From contig JAHEKF010000002.1 of the NCBI GenBank assembly GCA_024638465.1, forward strand, positions 18,678-82,677: a DNA stretch of 64,000 bases, read 5' to 3'. Position numbers and translations under genes: made by a program. The stretch's first letter is position 1. Every line of letters begins with the position of its first letter. The stretch is from Rhodospirillaceae bacterium (GTDB taxonomy: Bacteria > Pseudomonadota > Gammaproteobacteria > Steroidobacterales > Rariloculaceae). Below, one piece after another: positions 55,450 to 64,000 of this stretch. Below the pieces are notes generated by a model, which saw only the letters and a program-made list of their open reading frames with translations, had not been told where the DNA came from and did not search any database.

Positions 55450-56175
55450 TTAGAGCGGCTGCAACATCACGTTGCGGAACCTGATCAGACCGCCGTTGTT
55501 CTGCAACGCGAACGGGCCACTGGGATGGCTGTCGTCGTCGATCTGGGCGGTTACCGTGCCGTTCAAAGTGACAGTAATCTCCGAGCCCTGAGCGACGATA
55601 TCGAAAGTATTCCACTGCTCGTTCGCTTCGGTCGTCACCAGGGGCGCCTGATGGTTGACGATGGAGCCCGTCCGGTTGTCGGGATTTTCGTTGGTGTCGA
55701 AGATGTTGATCTCGTAGCAGCTTTCGGCGCCCACCGCATTGCGATCTTCGCAGCGAATGAAAATACCGCTGTTCGCATCAGGCCCGGGATAGAACTCGAC
55801 CTGGAGGCGGAAATCCGTGTACTGGCCCCTGCTGACGAGAAAGCTTCCGGTGTAACCGTCGGCTTCGACGTAATCGTCGATGATGTTCCACTGCGCATCG
55901 CCCAGCGAATCAAAGCTCGTAAGGTCGTGGCCCGCAAAAAGCACGGCCCATTCGGAATCGCTGACCAACGATGCCTGATTGGTTGTCTGCGGTGTGCCGG
56001 GTTCGGGCATCGGCTCGGGCGCCGGGGCCGGAGCGGGCGCTGGTGGCGGTGCAGGTTCTACCGGCCCGGCGACGGGCGGCGCGTTGTCGGCGGGTGCGGA
56101 AGTGTCCTCGGCGGGCTGGCACGCAGCCAGCGCCAAGCCCGTCAAAATCAGTGTGGCAAAACTCAAGCCCTTCAT
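55450..56175 (-). CDS. DUF1080 (3-keto-disaccharide hydrolase-like) lipoprotein
   Basis: Internal ATG at 56175. Lipobox LALAAC, a Pro/Ala linker, then the YTDFRLQVEF...NSGIFIR...YEINIFD...WNTFDI...LNG pattern. Confidence 0.7.
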   Translation of the reverse strand: MKGLSFATLILTGLALAACQPAEDTSAPADNAPPVAGPVEPAPPPAPAPAPAPEPMPEPGTPQTTNQASLVSDSEWAVLFAGHDLTSFDSLGDAQWNIIDDYVEADGYTGSFLVSRGQYTDFRLQVEFYPGPDANSGIFIRCEDRNAVGAESCYEINIFDTNENPDNRTGSIVNHQAPLVTTEANEQWNTFDIVAQGSEITVTLNGTVTAQIDDDSHPSGPFALQNNGGLIRFRNVMLQPL

Positions 56176-56324
56176 TTCAATCTCCTGCTTCTTGTTCTTG
56201 ATCGCGGCGGGTGCGCGGATCGTCAATCTCCCCCGGCACCCCCGTTGAAAATGCTCAATCGCGACGCGTATGCGGCCCTCGCAGACACATCCCGGCCCCT
56301 GATGATACCGCAGAATCGGGGCCG

Positions 56325-57014
56325 TCACGGCCCGTTGCGCCTCGATCGACGACTGGCGGTGCCGATCCCCCGGTTGCCCCGGCCCAGCTTGCCATGATCC
56401 CAGCGATGTCCCGCCAGATCGACTGCAATTTTCAGAATCACCAGAAGCACCAGGGCGAGCACCGGTTCACCGAGTGCCAGGGACACGCCGCCGCCCACGA
56501 GAATGACGATGTGCAGAATCACGACGCGACCATATGGTCTGGACATCAGCGACGCGATACGAGCCTCGCGATACTCACCCTCTCCGATGAAATTGAAGAA
56601 GAATGAGACGCCGTGGCTCAGGACAAGCGCGGCGAGAGGAAATTCGAGCCGATACTCCGCTACGATTTCGCGAATGGTCGCGGGTGTCGGAAACGGGCCC
56701 TCTACGGTGACGGTGTCGCCGCCGAAGATTGCGAGGATGAAGATCAGGTGCCCCGTCGCGAAGCCACCGTAGTGAACGACGAAGAACGCGGCGAGAAACA
56801 GTTTTCTCGGCAGCATCGCGAATTCGCCGAGTCGTGCCACGAGAATTCGCAGCACGTTGAACGCGCCGACGACGACGTTCTCGAGCCAGAACAGCAACAG
56901 CAACGCTACGACCGGCCAGTCGAGCACAAGCACGCCGTAGAGAGGTAAAAGATTAGCGAGCACCAGAACGGTGCTTGTTAACGGTAGTCGAGACCCTTTT
57001 TTAACTTCGCTCAC
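56325..57014 (-). CDS. Polytopic membrane protein of unknown function
   Basis: 229 aa, about six hydrophobic segments, WLENVVVG motif. Recalled as DUF6498-like, unverified. Confidence 0.5.
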   Translation of the reverse strand: MSEVKKGSRLPLTSTVLVLANLLPLYGVLVLDWPVVALLLLFWLENVVVGAFNVLRILVARLGEFAMLPRKLFLAAFFVVHYGGFATGHLIFILAIFGGDTVTVEGPFPTPATIREIVAEYRLEFPLAALVLSHGVSFFFNFIGEGEYREARIASLMSRPYGRVVILHIVILVGGGVSLALGEPVLALVLLVILKIAVDLAGHRWDHGKLGRGNRGIGTASRRSRRNGP

Positions 57015-57071
57015 AGATCTTGAAGGCGTTTTAGCGCAACTGGCGAAGTGTAGAGGATAAGCGGTTGGAAT

Positions 57072-57809
<738 letters not shown>

Positions 57810-57944
57810 AGCGAGCCTTGTTCAGACGGCTTATTCTCGCCGCTTATTGATTGGATGCCTCCATGGTGCCCAATCGTCGCAGATTTTCAGGGCATTAGCA
57901 GTCCGCGGCCGATCCGCCGCGGATCCGATTCGATCGAGAACAGG

Positions 57945-58907
57945 CTAGGCCGAGGGCAGCGCGTCGACGTGCGCCGCCATGCGCTGCAGCATTTCGGCGT
58001 CGGGCAGACGCCCGATCGCACCGCCCAGATTGTCGATCATGTTCGCGGGCTTGCTCGTGCTCGGCGTAATCACGGTCACGGCCGGATGAGCGGCGATATA
58101 TTTCAGGAAAAATTGCGCCCAGCTGCTCGCGTCGATCTCGGCGGCCCAGTCGGGCAGCGCCTGGCCGCGCACGCGCCCCCAGAGCCGGTTGCGGCCAAAC
58201 GGCGCATAGATCAAAGTCGCGATCCCGAGATCCTGTGCCAGCGGCAGCAGCATGTCGGCCGCCGCACGATTGTCGATGGCGTAGTCGAGGCCGATGAAGT
58301 CGAGCGGTTCGCTGCGCATGACTTCGGCCAGATCCGCGAAACGTTCCGAGCCCGTCCAGGTCACGCCAAGATAGCGGATTCGACCTTGTTCCTTGAGCTC
58401 CTTGAGTATTCCGAGCTGTGTCGGCACATCGCCGAGACTGTGAACCTGGATCAGATCGATCGCGGGTTTCCGGATGATGTCGAATGACCGCTCGATCTGC
58501 GCTCGTGCGGCCGCAGGGTCTGCGTTCGGGTTGCCGCTTCTGCGCGAGACAACATTGACCTTCGTCGCCCAGAAAATTTCTTCGGCGACGCCGAGTTCGT
58601 TGACGAGCTCGCCCGCGACCTGCTCGGCCGTGCCACCGCCGTACCCGGGCGCCGTGTCGAAGACCGTCCCGCCATTGTCGATCAGCGCCCGGAGTACCTC
58701 GCGGAGCGCCGCTGCGTCTTCGTTTCTGGCAAGGGAAGAGAATGTGGCCGAGCTGCCGAGTCCGATCATTGGCAGTGCTTCACCGGTCCCGGGAATCGCG
58801 CGACGGATGATCTCGTTGCCCGACTGCGCCTGCAGCAGCCGCGGCAAGAGCGCCATTGCGGAACCGGCTACGGCGTAATTCTGAAGCAGCTCTCTTCGCG
58901 TGATCAT
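57945..58907 (-). CDS. Aldo/keto reductase with a twin-arginine signal peptide
   Basis: MITRRELLQNYAVAGSAMALLP Tat-like signal, then the AKR pattern (FDTAPGYGGG, HSLGD, GVTW). Confidence 0.8.
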   Translation of the reverse strand: MITRRELLQNYAVAGSAMALLPRLLQAQSGNEIIRRAIPGTGEALPMIGLGSSATFSSLARNEDAAALREVLRALIDNGGTVFDTAPGYGGGTAEQVAGELVNELGVAEEIFWATKVNVVSRRSGNPNADPAAARAQIERSFDIIRKPAIDLIQVHSLGDVPTQLGILKELKEQGRIRYLGVTWTGSERFADLAEVMRSEPLDFIGLDYAIDNRAAADMLLPLAQDLGIATLIYAPFGRNRLWGRVRGQALPDWAAEIDASSWAQFFLKYIAAHPAVTVITPSTSKPANMIDNLGGAIGRLPDAEMLQRMAAHVDALPSA

Positions 58908-59166
58908 CCAGGGTATCTCCGGGCTGTGGTCTGGTAGAGGGGCGCAGCCTAGCTAAAGACCGCTGGACCGGTCAATGCGCTTGAAGATTCTTCACAATTC
59001 CGCCCGGAATCGGGTAGCGGCCGCTCGCTGCGCATCCGCTTTGGCCTAGAATAGCGAGCAAAGAAATGACGTTCGAGGAAATTGGCGGTGAAACGTTGAA
59101 ATGTAATTCTGACGGCAATCCTGGGCATCGGGCTCTATATCGTGGACGCCGGCTCCTCGGAGATCG

Positions 59167-59997
59167 TTGCGACACACGATCCGGTCGCGGTGCTTCAACC
59201 GGATAGCGACTGACCTCGTGAGATCGATCTACATCGGTGGCGGTGTCATTGCTGCCGCAGTCCTCATGTTCACGGCGTGGGCTCAGTTTGCGCCTGTCGA
59301 AGACACTGACAACTGGGGATTCGAGACGGTAGCCGCGTATCCGCATGACCCCGATGCGTTTACTCAGGGATTGCTGATTCACGACGGTGACGTGCTCGAG
59401 AGTACCGGCCAATACGGCGCTTCGACTCTGCGGCGCGTCGATCTCGAAACAGGACGAGTGGAACAGATGACGGCTTTGAGTCGAACTCACTTCGGCGAAG
59501 GCATCGCGCTGGCGAACGACAGTATTTATCAGCTGACCTGGCAAAATCGGTTGGTACTCGTCTATAACGTCGATACGCTCGAACGCACAGGTTCACTGAG
59601 AAACGAGGGCGAGGGCTGGGGGCTCACCTACGATGGCGCGCAACTCATCGCGAGCGACGGCTCGGCGATCTTGACCTTTCGCGATCCCGAAACCTTCAGC
59701 GTCATCAGGCAACTGAATGTTCACGATAACGGTTCAGCGGTGCGAAATCTGAACGAACTCGAATTCATCGACGGCGAAATCTGGGCAAACATCTGGTACC
59801 GAGACGAGATCGCCAGAATCTCGCCGGAGACCGGCGAAGTGCTGGGATGGATCGATCTCAGCACACTCTATCCGCGATCCCAGCGCGGCTCGGAGGATGT
59901 TCTGAATGGAATCGCTTATGACAGCGATAGTGACCGGCTGTTCGTCACGGGAAAAAATTGGCCGCGGTTATTCGAGATTACTGTCGGACCAGATTAG
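59167..59997 (+). CDS. Glutaminyl-peptide cyclotransferase (bacterial/plant beta-propeller type)
   Basis: YPHDPDAFTQGL, ESTGQYGASTLRRVDLETG, GEGWGLTYDG, FVTGKNWP. The start is uncertain: TTG 59167 or GTG 59218. Confidence 0.75.
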   Translation: MRHTIRSRCFNRIATDLVRSIYIGGGVIAAAVLMFTAWAQFAPVEDTDNWGFETVAAYPHDPDAFTQGLLIHDGDVLESTGQYGASTLRRVDLETGRVEQMTALSRTHFGEGIALANDSIYQLTWQNRLVLVYNVDTLERTGSLRNEGEGWGLTYDGAQLIASDGSAILTFRDPETFSVIRQLNVHDNGSAVRNLNELEFIDGEIWANIWYRDEIARISPETGEVLGWIDLSTLYPRSQRGSEDVLNGIAYDSDSDRLFVTGKNWPRLFEITVGPD

Positions 59998-60042
59998 TGT
60001 GCTCCGCACACGAACGTCAGCCTGGCTTGTCCGATCGCCTGA

Positions 60043-60531
60043 ATGAGTAGCATCAGGAACGCATCGACCCGGGATGCCGCGGCCATCGCCGGTATCTATA
60101 ATCCCTTCGTCTCGAACTCGGTCGTGACATTCGAGGAGGAGCCACTGTCCGTCGACGCAATGGCGGAGAGAATTTCCACTGTTACTGCGGGTTATCCGTG
60201 GGTCGTGGCCGAGAAAGACAGCGCCATTGTCGGATACGCATACGCGTCGCGCTTTGACGTCCGGGCAGCCTACCGCTACTCGGTCGAAACGACGGTCTAT
60301 GTCGATCCAGCGCACGCTGGTCGCGGGACAGGATCGAAACTCTATCGAGCATTGCTGGACGATTTGATCTTGAGGGAGACGCGCTGCGCTATCGCAAGAA
60401 TTGCTCTGCCCAACGACCAAAGCGTCGCGCTACACGAGAAATTCGGCTTCGTAAAAGTCGCCGAACTCCGGGAGATCGGTTACAAGCTCGATCGCTGGGT
60501 TGACGTTGGCTACTGGGAGCTTCTGCTCTAG
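60043..60531 (+). CDS. GNAT family N-acetyltransferase (phosphinothricin/MSO acetyltransferase-like)
   Basis: IRNASTRDAAAIAGIYN, VYVDPAHAGRGTGSKLY (acetyl-CoA loop), HEKFGF. Confidence 0.8.
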   Translation: MSSIRNASTRDAAAIAGIYNPFVSNSVVTFEEEPLSVDAMAERISTVTAGYPWVVAEKDSAIVGYAYASRFDVRAAYRYSVETTVYVDPAHAGRGTGSKLYRALLDDLILRETRCAIARIALPNDQSVALHEKFGFVKVAELREIGYKLDRWVDVGYWELLL

Positions 60532-60540
60532 AAACCGGGC

Positions 60541-61122
60541 TTAGTCGTACGGTCGCTCGTAAATCGGCGTGTCATAGCCCTCGAAACGGGTCCTGAATTC
60601 CCATTGCTGCCGCTCGGCTGCTTCCTCCGTGCACGTCTCGAACGAGAGCTTTCTGATCAGGTGGATCGGATCACCGCCCCCGCCGGGAACCGAATCCGTA
60701 CCCATCGTCAGACACAACTCGGGCACTGCCTCCGGCGCGATCCGGCCGTCCGCCCGCACATCGAACTTCTGCGCTGCACCACCGCTGCAAGGCTCTGCCG
60801 CGACGAATGCGCCCGGACTCGGTTCGTTCAGCGTCATGCATCGATCGAAGTAAACGATCCTTATCTCATTGTCTTCGTTTATCTGCTCGAGATCGAAGCC
60901 CTGATCTTCAGTTACGCCATTACCCATGTACGAGAAGCAATTGTGTCCCTGGAACCCGCCGATCGGCAGCCCCCCGGTGAGATGAGCAAACAAATCGACG
61001 CACCAGCCGCGCGTCTCTTCGAGCGGTGACCTGAGTTTTAGCTCCGTCAGCGTCTGTGCGCGAAGCATCGCCGGGAACGTAAGGGCTGCAAGAAAATGCA
61101 TGGCGAACAGCGTGAATTTCAT
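60541..61122 (-). CDS. Secreted Cys-rich protein, possibly ricin-type beta-trefoil-like
   Basis: Signal peptide. Several C..D / CLT segments and a QQWEF (QxW-like) motif. Weak assignment. Confidence 0.4.
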   Translation of the reverse strand: MKFTLFAMHFLAALTFPAMLRAQTLTELKLRSPLEETRGWCVDLFAHLTGGLPIGGFQGHNCFSYMGNGVTEDQGFDLEQINEDNEIRIVYFDRCMTLNEPSPGAFVAAEPCSGGAAQKFDVRADGRIAPEAVPELCLTMGTDSVPGGGGDPIHLIRKLSFETCTEEAAERQQWEFRTRFEGYDTPIYERPYD

Positions 61123-61136
61123 TGTCTACGCTCCGA

Positions 61137-61862
61137 TTAAAGCGTTTCGATAAAGGCGATCACGTCAGCGATCTGCTGATCGTCGCGCAACAGTTTAGCC
61201 ATGGCGGCCATTTGCATACCAAAGGTGTCGCGTGGGTCGGCGCCGCGAATTCCATCTCGGAAATACTCGAGCTGCCGGGCGATATACCAATCCGGCAGAT
61301 CGACGAGCTTGTTGCCTCCGAGTACCGCATTGCCCATGCCGTTCGCACCGTGACAGAGTGCGCAAGTGACCTGGAAAGTCTGTTCGCCGGCATCAGCATC
61401 GCCGGGCGCCGACGCGTTCAGTTCAGCGTACGGCGAATCCCAGGCGAACGGACGCTCGAGCGGGAACAGTTCGCCATTAGGACGTGACTCGAGCGGACCG
61501 CCGGGCTCGAGCGCTTCGATGAATGCCGAGACGTTGGCGATGGTTGCATCGTTATTTCGGAACATGCCTGTGATGAGCGCCATCTGCCGCCCGGGCAGGT
61601 CTTCCGGATGAGTGCCGCGCACACCGTCGATGAAGTTGCGAATTTGTCGTTCCGAATACCAGGCCTCGAGGCCCGCGATCGCCGGCGCATCGAGCCGTTG
61701 ACGACCTTGTCCCTGGGCGCCGTGACAGAAACCGCAGGCACGATAGAGTTCATCGCCCGGCACACCGGTTTCGGAGTCGGGCGGGTACATCTGCGCGGTA
61801 GCTGTCCCGAGTATTGCCAGCATGCCTGCGAACAGCGCTGGTCGTGTAGATTTCGCGATCAT
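61137..61862 (-). CDS. Dihaem c-type cytochrome, paralogous to the C-terminal domain of oxidase subunit II
   Basis: Signal peptide. CGFCHG and CALCHG. WYSERQIRNFIDGVRG and WYIARQLEYFRDGIRG match WYLRRQIQYFKNGIRG and WYLVRQLQNFRSGIRG in 41640..42992. Confidence 0.8.
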   Translation of the reverse strand: MIAKSTRPALFAGMLAILGTATAQMYPPDSETGVPGDELYRACGFCHGAQGQGRQRLDAPAIAGLEAWYSERQIRNFIDGVRGTHPEDLPGRQMALITGMFRNNDATIANVSAFIEALEPGGPLESRPNGELFPLERPFAWDSPYAELNASAPGDADAGEQTFQVTCALCHGANGMGNAVLGGNKLVDLPDWYIARQLEYFRDGIRGADPRDTFGMQMAAMAKLLRDDQQIADVIAFIETL

Positions 61863-62121
61863 TTTTACGCCAGTTAAGTCTTTGTTTTATCAAAGATTAA
61901 CACAGTGCATCGGCTTTTCTGAAATCTCTCCGGGTCGCGGACCGGGTTCGATGTCGCCAACGGTGCTCACCAGGTTGCGATTCGCACATTGAGTTTTGTT
62001 CATGCAAAACCGGAATCTGAACGTATCGTAATTTCCGGTCAGAACGCTGAACCACGATAATGGGTGTCATCGATAGTTTCACGGCGTCGCCTTAACTCGT
62101 CGCCTGACTCAGGAGTAACTG

Positions 62122-63087
62122 ATGAAAATGAACCATGCGCTGACAACATTGGCGGGTCTCGCAATCGCTCTCACCGCCACCGCGCATCACAGCGATTCGG
62201 GATACGATCGGGATTCGCTCGTCGTGTTCGAAGCCGAAGTTTCCAGGTACAGCTTTCGCAATCCCCATATCACTCTATTCGTCGAAACGGAAGACGGCTC
62301 CGGCGAAATTGTCGAGTGGGAGATCGAGACAGGATCAACGCCGATCATGCAACGCAGCGGCTGGACGCGGGATCTTCTGGAAGTTGGCGACACGGTGATC
62401 ATTCGCGCACATCCGGAACGTACCGGACGCCACCGCGCGATCCTGAACACGATGGAGACTGCAGACGGATCGCTCTGGTCACAAATCGAGGAAGATGCCG
62501 AGGCGACTGTCGCTGCGAAGGACCTCAACGGGATCTGGAAGGGCATCGTATCAACGAGCCTTGGTCGACAGGTCCGACAGGCAGCGTTAACGCCAGCTGG
62601 CCAGGCAGCGCGCGACAGCTACAACCCGATCGAAGAAGATCCCAACAACCAGTGCATTGCCAACCCGCCGCCGTTCCATGTTTCCAGCGGGAACTATCTG
62701 ACCGGAATCGAGATACTTGAAGATCGAATAACGATTCGCAGTGAGTTCTTCGACGCCGAGCGTACGATCTGGATCGACGGGCGCGGACATCCGGAGACTG
62801 CCGAACCGACGGTGCAGGGGCATTCGATCGGCCATTGGGAGGGAGACACTCTGGTTGTCGACACGATCCATCTGGCGGAACATCGTGACGGTAACGGCGG
62901 GGGCGTCGCCTCGAGTCCCGAACGCCACGTCGTCGAGCGCTTCAGCTTGAGCGAAGACGGAACGCGTGCGCTGGTAGACGTTGTTGTCGAAGATCCCGAG
63001 TATCTCGCAGAACCGTTTGTCGGTCATACCGAGATGATGTTCGTGCCGCATTTACAGCTGTATCGCTATAACTGCGTCGTCGAATAG
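62122..63087 (+). CDS. Secreted protein of unknown function (N-terminal DUF6152-like segment)
   Basis: Signal peptide ending TATAHHS. HHSDSGYD...FRNPHI pattern, recalled as DUF6152. The rest is unassigned. Confidence 0.5.
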   Translation: MKMNHALTTLAGLAIALTATAHHSDSGYDRDSLVVFEAEVSRYSFRNPHITLFVETEDGSGEIVEWEIETGSTPIMQRSGWTRDLLEVGDTVIIRAHPERTGRHRAILNTMETADGSLWSQIEEDAEATVAAKDLNGIWKGIVSTSLGRQVRQAALTPAGQAARDSYNPIEEDPNNQCIANPPPFHVSSGNYLTGIEILEDRITIRSEFFDAERTIWIDGRGHPETAEPTVQGHSIGHWEGDTLVVDTIHLAEHRDGNGGGVASSPERHVVERFSLSEDGTRALVDVVVEDPEYLAEPFVGHTEMMFVPHLQLYRYNCVVE

Positions 63088-63236
63088 CCGCAACGAATCC
63101 CTGCCTGCGCCCTCCGGGAGACGCGATTTCGCGCGTTACGGGACCCGACGTAGCCAGCCGCGAATCCCTGTCGCGCTAGGCTTTCGCTCGCTCACGCGAT
63201 AAGCTTCGACGAACAACAATAATAGGGGATACCTCC

Positions 63237-64000
63237 ATGCAGTCTGTCGCGATTGTCGTTCTCGGCCTCGCCGGAATGGCCTTTGGTTGGTTTGTCTATT
63301 CGAAGTTTATCGCCGAAAAGATCTTTCAGCTCGATCCCGAATTCACTACGCCGGCACACGAGCTTAACGACGGCGTCGACTTCGTCCCGACGAATCGATA
63401 TGTACTCTGGGGGCATCACTTCACGTCTGTTGCAGGCGCCGCGCCTATTGTCGGTCCCGCAATCGCCGTCTATTGGGGCTGGGTCCCGGCCGTTCTTTGG
63501 GTCACCTTCGGGACGATTTTCTTCGCCGGCGTCCACGACTTCGGAGCTATCTGGGCAAGCGTTCGCAATAAGGGCAAATCCATCGGCGCGCTCTCGGAAG
63601 ATGTGATCGGTACGCGAACACGCGCGCTGTTCATGATCGTGATTTTCCTGCTACTGCTGATGGTCAACGCCGTGTTCGGCGTGGTCATTGCCGGCTTGTT
63701 CGTCGGCACACCGACTGCCGTCTTCCCGGCCTGGTCCGCAATCGTCGTCGCGCTCATCGTCGGTCAGTTTATTCATCGAAACTTCAATTTGACGATATTG
63801 ACCGTTCTCGGTGTCGCAGCACTGTACGCGTCGATTTATATCGGTAGCGGCGTTCCAATCACTCTTCCGCAAGACATGTTGGGACTCGAGGCTAACGGTA
63901 GCTGGATTGTCATTCTTTTCGTCTACGCGGCAATCGCTTCCATGCTGCCGGTCTGGGTGCTCCTGCAGCCGCGAGATTTCATTAACGGTATGCAGTTGTT
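63237..64000 (+). CDS. cstA: Carbon starvation protein CstA (5' partial, runs off the window)
   Basis: Not in the ORF track because there is no stop in the window. My translation from ATG 63237 gives MQSVAIVVLGLAGMAFGW..., WGHHFTSVAGAAPIVGPA, AGVHDFG and LQPRDFING, all CstA hallmarks. Confidence 0.85.
   Translation, partial: MQSVAIVVLGLAGMAFGWFVYSKFIAEKIFQLDPEFTTPAHELNDGVDFVPTNRYVLWGHHFTSVAGAAPIVGPAIAVYWGWVPAVLWVTFGTIFFAGVHDFGAIWASVRNKGKSIGALSEDVIGTRTRALFMIVIFLLLLMVNAVFGVVIAGLFVGTPTAVFPAWSAIVVALIVGQFIHRNFNLTILTVLGVAALYASIYIGSGVPITLPQDMLGLEANGSWIVILFVYAAIASMLPVWVLLQPRDFINGMQL

Noticed and set aside
61879-61896. Small inverted repeat TCTTTG-TTTTAT-CAAAGA in the AT-rich divergent region between the dihaem cytochrome gene and 62122.
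   Set aside because: It has only 6-bp arms and is a single occurrence. It could be a regulator site or chance, and I have no supporting context.
62056-62074. Fur-box-like sequence GATAATGGGTGTCATCGAT upstream of the secreted protein at 62122.
   Set aside because: Only about 11 of 19 positions match GATAATGATAATCATTATC, and the second half is not palindromic with the first. This is too weak to call.

Overview
The window is a visibly GC-rich chromosomal segment (GC not computed) with gammaproteobacterial gene content, almost fully coding. No rRNA, tRNA, CRISPR, transposase or integrase was recognised. In order, it carries:
- a PAS-GGDEF-EAL protein, then pspF / pspABC with a sigma54 promoter
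- an ECF sigma/anti-sigma pair, mdh, fadE and an exeA/exeB-like pair
- an SRAP plus ABC-2 exporter operon
- a divergent FlhD-like / FlhC-like regulator pair sharing twin palindromes, followed by an NRDE gene
- a tightly coupled Xanthomonas/Bacteroidetes-type arginine operon: argR-argG-unknown-argC-argD-argF'-argB-argH-lptM
- polA, a candidate sRNA, then engB, cytochrome c4 and dsbA
- a long minus-strand run: dtd, tatABC, POT and OPT peptide transporters, an aminotransferase and a CDF transporter
- an orphan TRAP binding protein
- an azurin plus coxMNOP-like alternative aa3 oxidase cluster
- a block of secreted hydrolases with an embedded orphan histidine kinase
- assorted envelope proteins and the 5' part of cstA

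The most interesting items are:
1. The non-flagellar, non-mobile FlhDC-like pair with its twin ACCATATATGGT operators.
2. An uncharacterised P-loop-like gene translationally coupled inside an arginine operon that lacks argA, argJ and argE. This sits alongside an ArgF' carrying Ala at the acetyl/succinyl specificity position.
3. A three-hairpin candidate sRNA with a sigmaE-type promoter at the polA-engB locus, where Spot 42 and ErsA lie in other bacteria.

All calls come from by-eye motif recognition on the supplied ORF track and sequence. No database search was run.
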